Notes: generated by a model not told the origin, from the sequence alone. A stretch of DNA of 64,000 nt from Octopus vulgaris (GCA_951406725.2 OX597820.1:64356001-64420000); one strand, 5' to 3'; positions 30,101 to 44,041 are shown, counted from the first letter of the stretch. Program-made: numbers and translations.

Positions 30101-31659
30101 AAACATAGGTGGAAAACAACATTTCACACCTAAAATGCTACTGAACATAAAACATCTGCTCGACCAGGTCTTATCTTAGGCTAAAAAAAACAACAATAAT
30201 ACAACTTGCATTAAATGAAACAAAAACTCGCAATCAAAATATTAATATAATTGAGTATAAAGAATTAATACAGAATAGAAAATACAAATGCAGTAAGATC
30301 TTATATATGTAATACTGAGCATCAACAAATTTTGATTAATTGAGATATTCCAAGTAATTAGTTGACAAGACGTTTCTCATGGAGAGACTGATAGCGTTAA
30401 AATGTCAGGTAAGGAATTCGATTGTAGCTAGGTCATTGGATCAAATTTTTTCTAGTATAAATAAGGCCTTCTTTTCAGACGCGTGGTGGAAAATGGAATG
30501 ATTCAAAATGGAACTTTTATTGCACGATCATCTCCGTTTTAGGCTTATCACACATTATCTTATATCTAATTCTTTGTTGAAATTGAGTCTTTTTAATTAC
30601 GTACCGTATTAATGCGAAATTCGTTTAGTTGAATTTCAGTACAGTGTACTTGTTTAGCACTAAATCTGAATGAAATCGACCACTTAATTACAGATAGAAA
30701 TAAAGTCAATCGGATAATATCTTAAGTTTATTTCGATCTTTTAGTAAAAGGCAACATACAATGTACGAACTAATATGAACAAAGTGAGTTAAACTAACAG
30801 ACCATTGTACGTCATCTTTCGTAGTAACTGACCTCAAAATTGTAAAACGTACTAAAATTATATTTTCAATGAATTAAATACGATCAACTTGAAACTATAT
30901 TTTCGATGAATAAGACTGCATCGAAATTCAAATAACAGTAATTTTATCTTATTTTTAATTGAGTAATATTATTTCTTCTTTAAATTAGTATAATTTAGCG
31001 ATAGAATTTAGAAGATAGTTTTATACATAACCGTGAATGGACGCCATTTGTTTCTTTTTATTATCGACTACATTATCCTGTGATTGAAGCAATTATGTCT
31101 CTTAATAAGAATGACCCTAGTTATTATAATTGGGTAATTCATATTGCATGAAAATTATCAGTACGTACGGTTTTAGCAACGGTAATTAAAAATTATCAAA
31201 GGGAGACGGAAAACGTCATTGACCATAGGTAAGGTAAAATAATTGTCATGGCAATTTATTTGATTGAAGAAAGTTTGAAATGACTTCGTTATAAGTAAAG
31301 TATCTGCACTCATTTGTCTTCTGATTGAATAATGAGTAACATAATGTGAAAGTCGCTGTCGAGATACAGTGATGCCTTTTAGGTTAGGATATTGAATTGA
31401 TAAAAATAGTCTTTTAAATATTACTTATATCGATGTAGAAGAGATAAGTAAAATACGTATTGCGTTAGTACTTATCCCTAAAAGAATAGATATTTGAACT
31501 AGAAAGAAAAGATAATTGTGTAAGTTAAAGGAATCAAGTGTTAAATTACACCTCCCACATACACACACAAATATATAATACACTGTGTAGTATGTATATG
31601 TGTGTGTGTGTATGTGGGAGACATACACACACATATGTATATATATATATATATATTCT

Positions 31660-31878
31660 TTTACTCTATTACTCTTTCAGTCATTTGAATGTGGCCATGC
31701 TGGAGCACCGCTTTAGTCGATCAAATCGATCCCAGGACTTATACTTTGTAAGCCCAGTACTTATTCTATCGGTCTCTTTTGCCGAACCGCTAAGTTACGG
31801 TGACGTAAAAACACCAGCATCGGTTGTCAAGCGATGCTGGGGGACAAACAGAGACACACAAACATATATATACATATA

Positions 31879-31941
<63 letters not shown>

Positions 31942-32104
31942 GTATATACATATATACGATGGGCTTCTTTCAGTTTCCGTCTACCAAATACACTCACAAG
32001 GCATTTGTCGGCCCGAGGCTTTAGTAGAAAACACTTGCCCAAGAAGCCACGCTGTGAGACTGAACCCGGAACCATGTGGAGTGTAAGCAAGCTGCTTACC
32101 ACAT

Positions 32105-32105
<1 letters not shown>
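31660..32105 (-). mobile_element. SINE family 1
   Basis: Matches 9955-10329. Confidence 0.9.
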
Positions 32106-32160
<55 letters not shown>

Positions 32161-32499
32161 GATGGACTCTGCTGACGTAACCGACAAGTTTGGACTCTAC
32201 AGATTTGTGGTGGACGGCTTATTAATCAAAAGTTTCTGCTGCATAACGACGCTGCTTGTACTGGTAGAGGGTGTGCCGTATGTCAGGCATCCATGACATA
32301 AAATGAAACATTGTGCTCAAGAGCACAACAAAACTATCCATGTAACCGTAATGTAACCTCTAAACCACAATATACACAATATGTGTGTGTGTGCGTGCGC
32401 GCGTGCGTGTGTTGTGCGTGTGTGTGTGTGTATGGATAAGGATTTAGCCACAAATCTCCCTGCCACTGAATACTAACACTCCCTTACAACTGAGGGTTT

Positions 32500-32770
32500 T
32501 TTTATTGCACGTTTCTTGGTGACCCTGTCGGTGCCGTTTCAACCTAGAAGGTAATTGCTATAGTTTCAAAAGATATTGGTGATGGTGCCGCTTGGAAAGT
32601 ACCCAGTACACTCTCTAAAGCTGCTGACATTAGAAAGAGCATCGATCTGTGGAAACCATGTTAAAACAAAAACAAAGGAGCCTACTGGGGATACTGGCAT
32701 TACCAACTCATGCCAAACCCTTCAACCCATGGAAAACAGACAATAAATTATGATGATATCAATGATAATT

Positions 32771-32802
<32 letters not shown>

Positions 32803-32845
32803 GGCGGTGGGGGTGATGATGATGAAGATGATGATGATGACGAGG
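32500..32845 (+). mobile_element. Degenerate retroposon, probably RTE-related and non-autonomous, with (GAT)n tail
   Basis: ggtgccg..aaagtacccagtacactct..ttagaaagagcatc..caacccatggaaaacagac followed by (GAT)n/(GGT)n. Confidence 0.5.
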
Positions 32846-33139
32846 ATATACACACGTGACAGGATTGCTTCAGTTTATGTGTGCTTAATCCACTCTTAAG
32901 TGTTTGGTCGGCCTGGAGCTAATGTATCACAAAGTGAGATTTGAACATGGAACTATCCGGCTAGGACGCAGGACGCATACTTTTTAGACCGCAGTCAAAA
33001 TCTGCAATAGAATCATGTATAAAATATGTACAAGTTATGTTTTGTCATCTGATAATTAATTTTGAACATTTTTTTTACAAATTACTTTTGTTGTTACTTG
33101 AATTTAAATAAAAAGTGAGTTTTTTTTCTTCCTAATTAA

Positions 33140-33253
33140 CTCCAAGACTTGTTTCTTAAGCTTAGTACTTATTCTATCAGCCTCTTTGCTGAACCATCAG
33201 GTTACGGGGATAAAAACGCAGTACCACCGATTGTCAACCGCTAGTGGTGGGGA

Positions 33254-33302
<49 letters not shown>

Positions 33303-33375
33303 ACATACACACACACATACACACACACACATATATATACGGCGGGCTCTTTTCAGTTCCCGTCTAACGAATCCA
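33140..33375 (-). mobile_element. SINE family 1 partial
   Basis: agtacttattctatc..gggacaaacac..(CA)n..gggctcttttcagttcccgtct. Confidence 0.75.
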
Positions 33376-35384
33376 CTCGTATATATCTATATATCTATAT
33401 ATATATATATCATTAAAAATCAAATCGACACAAAAAATATATGGAAGGAAGTTTTCGTTTCTGTGAAAAGCACTTTCGGGTAGTTTTGATTTTAAATGAA
33501 TATTTGTAGTTCTACAAGTCATCATTTTCGCCTACTTGTGTTCGGCATATACAGAGTCCGCAAAAAAAAAAATCTATACACAATTTAAGAAAGGAAAAAT
33601 CCGTATAAATATTTTGATTCAGTATTATTGCAATTTATGATAAAACACCAAAAGAAGTATTCATATTTATAGAAAATGATTATACAAGGCAAATATTTAT
33701 ACAGTTTTAAGTTTCCTGACGTGTGTACGGACTTTTTTATACTTTCACATATGCAATAAGATTTTATAATATGAAATGGATGGTAAAATTCACTATCTAA
33801 CTAGTCTTGTGAATACGTAGGCTTTCTTGTGTTCCATGTCCTGATTTGTGATTGTCACATTGTTCTTAATTAATAAAATGTTCCCTTTTATTCATATCTG
33901 TTGGGTTGATTCACGTATGCTATATAATAATTTCAGGAGTGTAGTAATGTCTTACTACTTTTGTACCAATTTGTGAAGCTCAAATGAGAACTAAATTGTT
34001 TATTTTTAAATAACACGTTAGACGTCGGGTGTGGAACAAAATGGAACGTGGTCACAGTTTAGACTGTTTAGACCCATAGGTCTATTTATTCAGAACTGAC
34101 CTGTGGCCTTAATCAGCAACAAGAATAAACTCCTTTTAAAGCCCCAATAAATAATCATTGTCTTCACCTTCCTTTCTTTCTTTTTTTTCTCTCCCTTCTC
34201 CCTCAGTCACGCTTTAGCATTCCCTGTTTATAATTATCTGAGAGTTGCGCTGCACCAAACCGTTTTGACCTTCTTGTCAATTTCTCGAAATAAATGACAG
34301 ATTCTCTGTCGATTTGACAACTAACATACGCGCACGATTGTCAAAATGCGTGTGCAACTGCTTCACGATTGCTCACACTTTATTAGCTGCAAGATAACTT
34401 ATTTCCAACAATTCTCCATAATAGCGATTAACAATGTTTGTGTTTACGCTGTATATTTATTTGACAACTTTTGTAACAAAGTAATGAAAAGTTAGTGATA
34501 ATAGAAAAATAAACGACCAAACAGATAGAAGACCAACCAATATAAATAAAGAACATTAGTGATCTAGAAGTGCCTGCAGTAAAATAATTGTTATATTCAT
34601 ATTTAGTTATATTTACTTTATAAATACGCAGCCAAAGGTAAAGTTACAAAATAAAGAAATGAAACAAACAAAACAAAACACAATAGAAATAGTAAATGTA
34701 AAATACGAAAATTGAAAAGAGGAGAAATTGTAATTTCTCAGCGTTTAAAGCATTTGATTTACCAATTACCAGCAGGACCAAACAAATGGATGGAAAGAAT
34801 TTGCTTATAACAGACGATTTCAGAGCAGTTAAATCGCTATTTTTTGTAGAACCCCAAAAGAAATACTCCGAGAAATGTTTTCTAAGATTGCTTAATATAT
34901 ATGAATCTGTCTTCAGGGAAGTGTTTCTGTCTTAGAAAAGTTAACATCGTAATGAAATATAGCAATATTATTCTGTGCTGAAGTTTGCATTTATTTAGTT
35001 ATATACAAAGACAGAATCATTTTGTTTAAAACTTGTTATCTAAATATTAAGTTTAGCCGTGGCTCTGCTTCTAACAATACACCCTCACACTCACACAAAC
35101 ACATACACATATACATATCTGCGGAGTGACAGTTCTGTAAGTAATATGTTTATGCTTTAAGGCTTATAAGGGACCAACGTGTAGTGACTAAAGAAAATAA
35201 TTTTATATTGGGGAAAGTAAGTCCTCGACGGAAAATAATAAGGTTTTCGGTGCGCATGCATATACGAAGCAGATAAGGATAATATATCCAGGAGATAATC
35301 GTTCAAGCACTTTATTATAATCCAAGGTATGGCTAGCTACATCGTTTATGTATATGTATTTATACATATGTATGCATATTTTTT

Positions 35385-35635
35385 CTTGTTTCAGTCATTT
35401 GACTGCGGCCATGATAGAGCACCGCCTTTAGTCGAGCTAATGGACCCCGGGACTTATCCTTTGTAAGCCCAGTACTTATTCTATCGGTCTCTTTTGCCGA
35501 ACCGCTAAGTGACGGGGACGTAAACACAACAGCAACGGTTGTCAAGCAATGCTAGGGAGACAAACACTGACACACAAACACACACATACATATATATATA
35601 CATATATACGACTGGATTCTTTCAGTTTCAGTCTG
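35385..35635 (-). mobile_element. SINE family 1 (3' two-thirds)
   Basis: Matches 9955-10190. Confidence 0.88.
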
Positions 35636-35690
35636 TTATCAGCATATTGGCATTGAAATAATTTTCTTTAGCCCTTACTTATAAGTTGTT

Positions 35691-35765
<75 letters not shown>

Positions 35766-36002
35766 AAAGAATACACTCTTACTGATTTGAAAAACAGGTT
35801 ATTGAAAATTAATCATCACAAATGCTCAAATTGAGCACCCTCTACAATAAAACATGCCGAAAAATATAAAATAAAATGCTTTAATTATTTTAAATGAAAA
35901 CCAGAATGGTGCGCGAATTCTGGGACACCCTGTATATACACACACACACATATACATATATATATATATACACATATACACATATAAATATTTATATATC
36001 TA

Positions 36003-36053
<51 letters not shown>

Positions 36054-36092
36054 ATATATATATATATCTCTCTCTCTATCTCTCTCTCTCTA

Positions 36093-36137
<45 letters not shown>

Positions 36138-36138
36138 G

Positions 36139-36766
36139 TATGAATAAAAAATGGAGTTAACGCAGGTTTAAACAAGTATTTTTACTTTCTACATAATACT
36201 CTAAAAATACTCTAGTAAACACGGTTATAGAACGAGCATACAGATGTAAGCATTGGCAGAAACATACATTTAGTGCATATAAGTAGTATCTATCATTATA
36301 CATAATTTAAACTTTAATTTCCTTTATATTTAACATTCACTATTAATATCCCTACTCTTTCTGTTAGCTACTTATGACGTTATATCATATAACGTTTTTT
36401 TAAACAATATTAATAGCGTTCTGTCTATCGCTATACAAATCCATCATTTTTTGCTAAAATGTCGTATTGACGAGTTTCGTTTTTTCACTTTCCCGAAGAG
36501 AAGATTGCATTGTTTATACCATTTATTCTTTTGAATAGTATCAGTGGAATTTTCGAAACATATGTAGAAAGTAAAAATACTTGTTTAAACCTGCGTTAAC
36601 TCCATTTTTTATTCATATTTTTCAAAATATTCAACGTAAACACGAAGTTTCAACCTTTATAAACAAGGAGTTACAACATCTTTATTTGTGAGATTTTTGC
36701 TGCCCTGGTAACTATTTATTTATTTTTCCGTGTTAATTGTTAACAAGGTAAAAATACACTCATCTA

Positions 36767-36770
<4 letters not shown>
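36139..36770 (+). mobile_element. Non-coding element with a perfect 57-bp inverted repeat and hammerhead motif, inserted in (TA)n
   Basis: 36139-36195 is the exact reverse complement of 36561-36617. Flanked by (TA)n on both sides. Confidence 0.75.
36487..36572 (+). ncRNA. Type I hammerhead-like motif with CCGAAGA core and long stem II
   Basis: actttc-CCGAAGA-gaagattgcattg...cagtggaattttc-GAAAC-atat-GTA-gaaagt. Confidence 0.6.
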
Positions 36771-36824
<54 letters not shown>

Positions 36825-37049
36825 TAAATTTTAGAGTAGCAAAAAAGTTCTAGAAAAATTCTCCGCTACCAGCTGTCTAGCGAGAAAGAAAAAATAGTCA
36901 ATAGACTATATAATATACATTTAAACACATAAGAAATGGCCATAATAGAACATCTGACTCACTAGAAAGAGCAGTTAAACTCCAAACCACTAATAGTTGT
37001 AATTCTGAAATGGAAAGAGAAATAAAAACGTTTACCCTATCTATCTATC

Positions 37050-37092
<43 letters not shown>

Positions 37093-37129
37093 ACTTACTG
37101 TTAACAAAAGGCGGGATGCGTGACGTTCA

Positions 37130-37925
37130 GTTACTAAATAAATGAAAAATGCATTAGATACAAGAAAACGTACACGTAGAACAGGCACAGAAAGACCTTA
37201 ATTCTTCATCAGTTATCAACCGAAATGTGAATACTCAGTTTCATTTCTTTAACGAGAAAGACTGTGAGCTTTGCATATTGGCAAAATTTGCGCAATATCA
37301 GGGCTCGAGCAAAGAAAACGATACAAAATGAAAGTGAAAGTATGAAATTAAAGAAATGTAATTTAAAAGAACGGACGAAGAGAGAATAAATACGGCCTTT
37401 CGGCCAAGCGGACGAGGATGATGGGTAACGCCTGAAGGAATACTGAATGGATATATAGAAGGAGAAATAGCAGGAGAGGAGATAGATGGTAACCGGCAAG
37501 CTAAGAGTGCGGTGGTGAAAGACAGAGATGGGGAAATTAGTCACAGGTCACATGAGGGAAGTAGGATAAGAGAGGGAGTGAGACAAAGAGAGAAGAGGGA
37601 AGAAGAGAGAAGGGAGAAAGTCTGCAATTACAAGTGAGAGGACGAGAGAGAGAGAGAGAGAGAGGAAGAAAGGATGTTGGGATGATAGAAGAAAAAGTAT
37701 GGGGGCGAGTGAGAAAGGAAGTAGATAGAGACGCAATAAACATATAAAAAGCTTATTGTTAAAAAAAGTCGAGATGCTTACCCAATAAAAAGAAAAATGC
37801 ATGAAATTCTACAAAACGTACATGTAGGAGAAGGATCCTAATTGTTCATCAGTTATCATCCTAAATGTTAATAATCAATATCATTCCTTTAATGATAAGA
37901 CTGAAAACTTCGTATATCGGCAGTA
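37130..37925 (-). mobile_element. Element with degenerate ~140-bp direct terminal repeats and purine-rich interior (possible Penelope-like remnant)
   Basis: gaaaaatgcat..aaaacgtaca.gtag..ttcatcagttatca..aaatgt..tttaa.ga.aagactg at ~37144-37285 and ~37791-37925. Confidence 0.5.
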
Positions 37926-38021
37926 CGTACGTGTATGTTTTTGAGTATTACAAAAAAAAAACAAAAGACGAAGATTGGTGTGTAAACAAACAGCTATATT
38001 ATTTTGACACTCGGGAAGAGT

Positions 38022-38057
38022 CTTTTACGTTTCGAGCCTACGCTCTTCTACAGAAAG
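38022..38057 (-). ncRNA. Minimal hammerhead-like motif (core CUGUAGA) within a short element at ~37950-38215
   Basis: Minus strand: cttt-CTGTAGA-a-gagc[gtag]gctc-GAAAC-GTA-aaag. Confidence 0.55.
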
Positions 38058-39782
38058 GAACATAGAAATAAACATGGAGAGGAAATATAAAAAAAAAAGG
38101 TATAGTGGGTAGCGATCTATCATGGCGAATGGGTCACACAGGAGTGCTAGGAAGAAGGGGAGATAATAAAGTAATGCTGATCCCAAAACGAAGGTGCGCG
38201 CGCGTGTTATGTGAGAGCGTGTATGTGCAGGTGGAAGGGGCCTAGAGACCATACATATATACACACACACATATACACGCACGCACGGACGCACACACAC
38301 ACACATATATATAATAGTAAAATCTACCCAAAACCCTAGCTTAATATACATGTGGCTGAAAGCGGGCTAGTGACAAAAACTTGAAAAAAGCTCACGTTAA
38401 TTTTGAATTGGTTCCAATTTATGGATTAAGTCCAACGGAAGCGTTTTTCGTTCGTCAACAGAATACGCGGTGGGGGTGGAAATATAAGTCAAAATAATTG
38501 TGCATACGGTATGTACAATTATTTGGACTTAGATTTCCTCCCCCACCGTGTATTGTGTTGACGAAAGAAAAAAGCATAATTTTTGCTTTCATCCACATAT
38601 TGGAGCCAATTCACAATTTACGTGGAGTGTTTTTAATTTTCTCTCACTGTCCCGCTTTCAGCCATGCGTATATTTAACTGGAGTTTTGGGTAGTTTTATT
38701 AATGTATCAGCACTTCAAACTTGCTGGAGACAGACCGTTTTCGCCCTATCTCCCTTGATATAATCACATACTTATGTACATTATTATTAATTTAATGTAT
38801 TAATTGCCTATAAATTCTTATTGCATGCTGGCTACTTGATAAAAATTCATTAACATGATTGTTATCCTTATATTTTTATAAATTAATATATGCATATATA
38901 TATATATATCTATATATATATATATATATATATATAAAGTAGTATGTTGTAAGTATATGGCACATCAAAATTATATATGCATGCATACGTACGTATATTA
39001 ATGCATATATACATTTATTTTTCCCCCTTTTTTATCTTTTACCTGTTCCGGCAATTAGATTGCTGAAACAGGTAAAGTTTGTTAAGCCCGGTACTTATTT
39101 TATTGTGATATTTCGGGCTAAAACATTTTTAAGGATATATATATATATATATATATATTGTATTATATTCTACTACATTGATTCTTACAAGAACATCTAT
39201 AAACTGTTGGATTTGACTTAATTATAAGCGAAGATTAATACTACTAATGAGCGTTACTTTCAAGTGAAATTGGTTTGCTAATTCAGTACCCTCTCTCGCT
39301 ATGAGGCGGTCAGCTCCTGTGTCAGTACATAGATTTGTGTTATGCTTGTGGCTTCAAATGTCTTTGACTCTTATTTCTAGCAATGTAGGTGCTGCAATAG
39401 ACCCTTAGTGTGTATTAGTAACAATTGAGTTTCTCCTTCTTGGTTTAATATTGCGCGTCGAACCACCTTAATACGGCGTCGTATAACAAAACCATTCGAA
39501 CTGAAAGGATTTATAGCAAGTTTGCTTACATAAAAACAAATATGAACTAATATAGTTATTAATTTTGATAGAAGAATAGAGGCTGGTTCACTGGGGTAAA
39601 GGTAACACAGTCGAGTTAACAATGGGATATGGGCTCGGGTCCCTCTTGGCTAGGGATTCCTTCTTTTCTCTGTCGAGGGCTTATATGCCCTGTTATTAGA
39701 CTATTTTCCCTAGTCATTTCACGGTGATCGCCATAAGATTTAAACTTATATAAGAATACTATATATATATGTATTTTTTTTA

Positions 39783-39909
39783 ATTTAAAAGCACCAGAAA
39801 TATAACAATAGCTGTTACTCAGTTTCACGCTCCGTTCGTCGGTCAGTCCGACGGCGGGAACGTGAAAATCTGAGTAACAGCTTTTGTTATATTTCTGCTG
39901 CTTTTAAAT
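39783..39909. repeat. Long hairpin (foldback) with head-to-head hammerhead-like halves
   Basis: Outer arms 38/40 complementary, loop tcagt at 39843-39847. Minus strand reads CCGACGA-acg[gag]cgt-GAAAC-tga-GTA-acag. Confidence 0.8.
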
Positions 39910-39982
39910 AAAGCATATTACTCTACCTCTTGTATTTGAGTACTCTTTTTTCCACCTTGTTTCACATTTATGCGCTTACTCC

Positions 39983-40026
<44 letters not shown>

Positions 40027-40229
40027 GTACTGTTCTGTGATAGAAAATTCAATAAAAAAGTACTCCATCTTAAGAACACAATACTTGTATTTAAGTGCTA
40101 CTAATAGTTTCATATGCTGAGAAATATCTCAAACATATTCATCAGGCACACACAGCATGTCAACTAAAAACATTGAATAAGAGAAAAATACAGATAAAAT
40201 CAAACATTAATGATGGAATAAAAAGTAAG

Positions 40230-40385
40230 CCACGGGCTTCTTTTCAGTTTCCATCTATAAAATCCACTCACAAGTCTTTGGTCGACTCGAGGCTAGAGTA
40301 GAAGTCACTTGACCAAGGTGTCACACAGTGCGATCGAACTCGGAGCCATGTGGTTGGGAAGCAAACCTCTTACCATACAGCCAAG
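40230..40385 (-). mobile_element. SINE family 1, 5' half
   Basis: gggcttcttttcagtttcc..ccatgtggttgggaagcaa. Confidence 0.8.
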
Positions 40386-40997
40386 TTTCACACACACACA
40401 CGCACAAAGACACGAATACAAACACACATGCACAAACACTCCCTCCTACAGACATACACATACACATCTATAAACATATGAATTCATATATTCTGCGTGT
40501 GAATATGGTGGTACGGTTATGTGTGTATGTCCATGAATGTGTTTGTGTTCGTGTGTATGTAAGCGTGTCATGAAAAAAATGTATGCATCACGACAAACGA
40601 AAATTGAAAAATAACAGCGTATGAACTGACGGGAACCGAACCATCCCTTTCTTGCGTGGTTACCACGACCTGCTGCTCTTTACACCATAGGAACCCCAGT
40701 AAGTAAGGCATGGGCCGATGATTTCCGTTGTTGCTTTTCCATCAAAAAATGTTGTTTATAAATGTATGGTATAAAGTTCAATGTTATTTATATCTGCATG
40801 TGAAAGTATTGAGTATTTTAAAGTTTATACACGTGCACATACACAATAGCACACACAGACACAGAGACACACAGACACACACACACAGACACACACACAG
40901 ACACACACACACACACACACATATACATTACATATATGTGTGAGTGTGTGTTTGTATGTGTGCATGTGTATGATAATACATATATATATATAAATTA

Positions 40998-41331
40998 TAT
41001 TGGCTGTGTGTTAAGTAGCTTGTTTACAAACCACATGGTTCCGGGTTCAGTCCCACTGCGTGGCACCTTGGGCAAGTGTCTTCTACTATAGCCTCGGGCC
41101 GACCAAAGTCGTATATATGTATATATTTTTGTGTGTGTATATGTCGTTGCGTCAGTGTCCCCCTGCCCAGCATCGCTTGACAACCGATACTTGTTGATTA
41201 CGTCCCCGTAACCTAGCAAAAGAGACCGATAAAATAAGGTCTAGGCTTAAAAAGAATAAGTCCTGGGGTTGATTCGCTCGACTAAAGGCGGTGCTCCAGC
41301 ATGCAACTGTCAAATAACTGAAACTAGTAAA

Positions 41332-41335
<4 letters not shown>
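40998..41335 (+). mobile_element. SINE family 1
   Basis: tggctgtgtgttaagtagcttg..ggttcagtcccactgcgtggcaccttgggcaagtg..ggcggtgctccagcatg. Confidence 0.9.
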
Positions 41336-41379
<44 letters not shown>

Positions 41380-41552
41380 CCTTTAAAATGTTTCAGCCCG
41401 AAGGCTGCGGCCATATATATATATTTACAAAGAATGAGAGGGGTAGAAAGTAACAGTAAGTTAAAGGGAGAAAGAGGGAGCGTAGACGTCACGCATAATC
41501 TAGTATGACATGTTGGATTCTACATCGCTAGCACTATAACTTTTATTGCCTA

Positions 41553-41850
41553 TCTAGAACGTATGGGGGCAAGGAGGAAGAACTGGGATTCAAACTGCGT
41601 AGGCAAAGAATAGGATGGCATCAAGCAGCAACAATGACTGACCTAGACCATGCTGATGACCAAACATTACTAACAGAGAGAGCAGATAAAGCACAGGAGG
41701 AGCTGAGCAGATTAGAGTAGGGATCGGGGAAGGTAGGATTGTACTGTAACGCAAAGAAAACAGGGCTGCAATATTCAGCTTGTGTCAGTGAAAATGAGAG
41801 ATGGTAAGTCGCTCAAGGTAGCTGAAAATTTCAAATACCTTGGTGTGTGA
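41553..41850 (+). pseudogene. RTE/RTE-X clade LINE reverse transcriptase fragment
   Basis: Translates GKEEELGFKLRRQRIGWHQAATMTDLDHADDQTLL..AQEELSRLE*..KVGLYCNAKKT..KVAENFKYLG. Confidence 0.8.
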
Positions 41851-42044
41851 ACATTTAGTGAGTGTGGCAGGAGATGGGTGATTATCTGTGAAAATAACGT
41901 GAAAAGTGAGGTATATAGATACAGAAGGAGCGGAGACGTGCATGAAGAAAATGATTTGATCTGTTGCTGATTTGGTTTGATAGACGGTTGATTTTAATAA
42001 TTATTTCTACTATGGGCACAAGGACAGAAAATTTGGGTGAAATT

Positions 42045-42175
42045 ATAACTGGTACTTATTTATTCGACACCGAAAGAATGAAAGTGAAGTTGGTCACGGC
42101 GGAATTTGAACTCAAATGACGGTCGAAATGCAACTAAATATTTCGTCCAGTGCTCTAAAGATGCTGACAGCCTGT
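42045..42175 (-). mobile_element. SINE family 2, degenerate
   Basis: ctggtacttatttattcgac..gaaagaatgaaag..ggcggaatttgaactc. Confidence 0.75.
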
Positions 42176-42220
42176 TGCATTGCGTTTGATAATAATAATA
42201 ATAAAGTACCTTGAGAATCA

Positions 42221-42251
<31 letters not shown>

Positions 42252-44010
42252 CATACATACATACATACATACATGCATGCATACATGCATACATACATAC
42301 ATACAATCATACATACAATCATACATACATACATATATACATATATACATACATACATACATGGTGACTGCATCATCTTATCAGACGATACTCGTCTCTG
42401 AATAAATGAATAATGAGTCGGTTATCATCTATCTTACGTCAGTGGATGTGAGTGGCAAAATTTTGTAGAATGCTTTGGCCACCTCTCAGTTCCCATAGTA
42501 GGTTCCAGTGGCAAGTATTGCAAGATGTTTAGTACTGTGTCGAATGCAAGTTTCGTGTCAGAGTATATACATAGATGCAAACATATATGTACATAAGTAC
42601 GTACACATTCCTACATATGAACACTCGCATATGTATGTGTGTGTGCCGCGCATCCGCGCATGCAACGACACATATATTATGCATGCGCTTGTCTTTACAT
42701 CTAGCGTTAATTTGATGAACAAATATGAGTACGTGTAAAATATATCATCTACTATATATATGTATATACGTTTGTGTCTTTGCACGTATATACATATTTT
42801 AGTATGTGTATAAACATGTATGTGTGTATGGCATGTGTGTTTGTGTGTGTCTGAGTGTATCTGTGTAGTTTCTGTGTGTGTAGTGTATTAATTTAGCTCT
42901 GCAACAATGCATATTCCCTTTCCATTTCTTACTACAATCTGTATTTTCTCTCTTTCACAGTTCTGTCATTTGTAAACATATTTTACGTATACTTTGCCAC
43001 TTATCTACATTATAAAGCTGTCTTTTGAATATGTACTAATTCCCAAATGTCTGTTTGTTGCGCGTTTACACATACATACCAACATTTTCACACTGGCAAA
43101 CAGAAAATGAAATTAAGTGTGAGAGAAACTTTCGAGAATTATGTAAGAATATCTCGCCCAAGAATATGAATCTATAAAGCTGCACACATTCCATATCATC
43201 ACACCATACAAGAATATCAAAGTAAGAACGGCGTATCTGTGTATTCGCTATCTTTGCAAGGAATTGTGGTGAAATCTGCTTCGTATTTTAAGCTAGATTT
43301 AACCTTTTGCTTTTCCTATGCATTATACATGTGACACACAGAATATGTTTCTCTGGTGTCCATGCCAGAGGAACTTATGAAAGGAAAGAGTGATATTACT
43401 CGTAACATATGAGATATGGGTTAACTAAAAGTCTGAAAATAAACATGGATGAACTTGTTTTGGACAGGGGAATATTTAAAATGGACGGACACCAGTGCTC
43501 CTAGCCTAATGCATAGTTTTAGGTGCATTATATGGTTTTAACACTAAAGGTTATGTTGGATCATACAACAGGCTTTAGTAAAGTTCCAGTTAATCGACCT
43601 AATATACAGCTGTCACTGTAGCTAAAGTTTCGACGAATGACAAGTACTATCACCTATAACACCACCAGCAAGAACAAGAAATGTGTGAGAGGAGGGGACA
43701 TCAGAATGGTCATTAGTCCTACTAGCAATAACTACTAGATCTTCCGCAACAAGAATTACAATCTAAAATGCTTGATGCTTATATGAAAATATCAGGAAAT
43801 GTCTTTTGGTCATAGATCAACATTGACTTTGCTGGTATAGAGTAACTACTATATTCAGACCAATCATTACCATCATCGAAACTAACAACGATATGAGCAT
43901 CAGTACCACAAACCAGTACAAAAGATGCCATCCACCTTGCACCTTCTTCAATATTATGACACTACCTTGAGCACAAACTTTGCAAGACACCTTTCTCTTC
44001 CATCTGCCCC

Positions 44011-44041
<31 letters not shown>

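Noticed and set aside
33550-33750. Possible Tc1-like MITE, also a TIR-like end at ~35915-35934
   Set aside because: Terminal repeats are too degenerate or unpaired to define an element.
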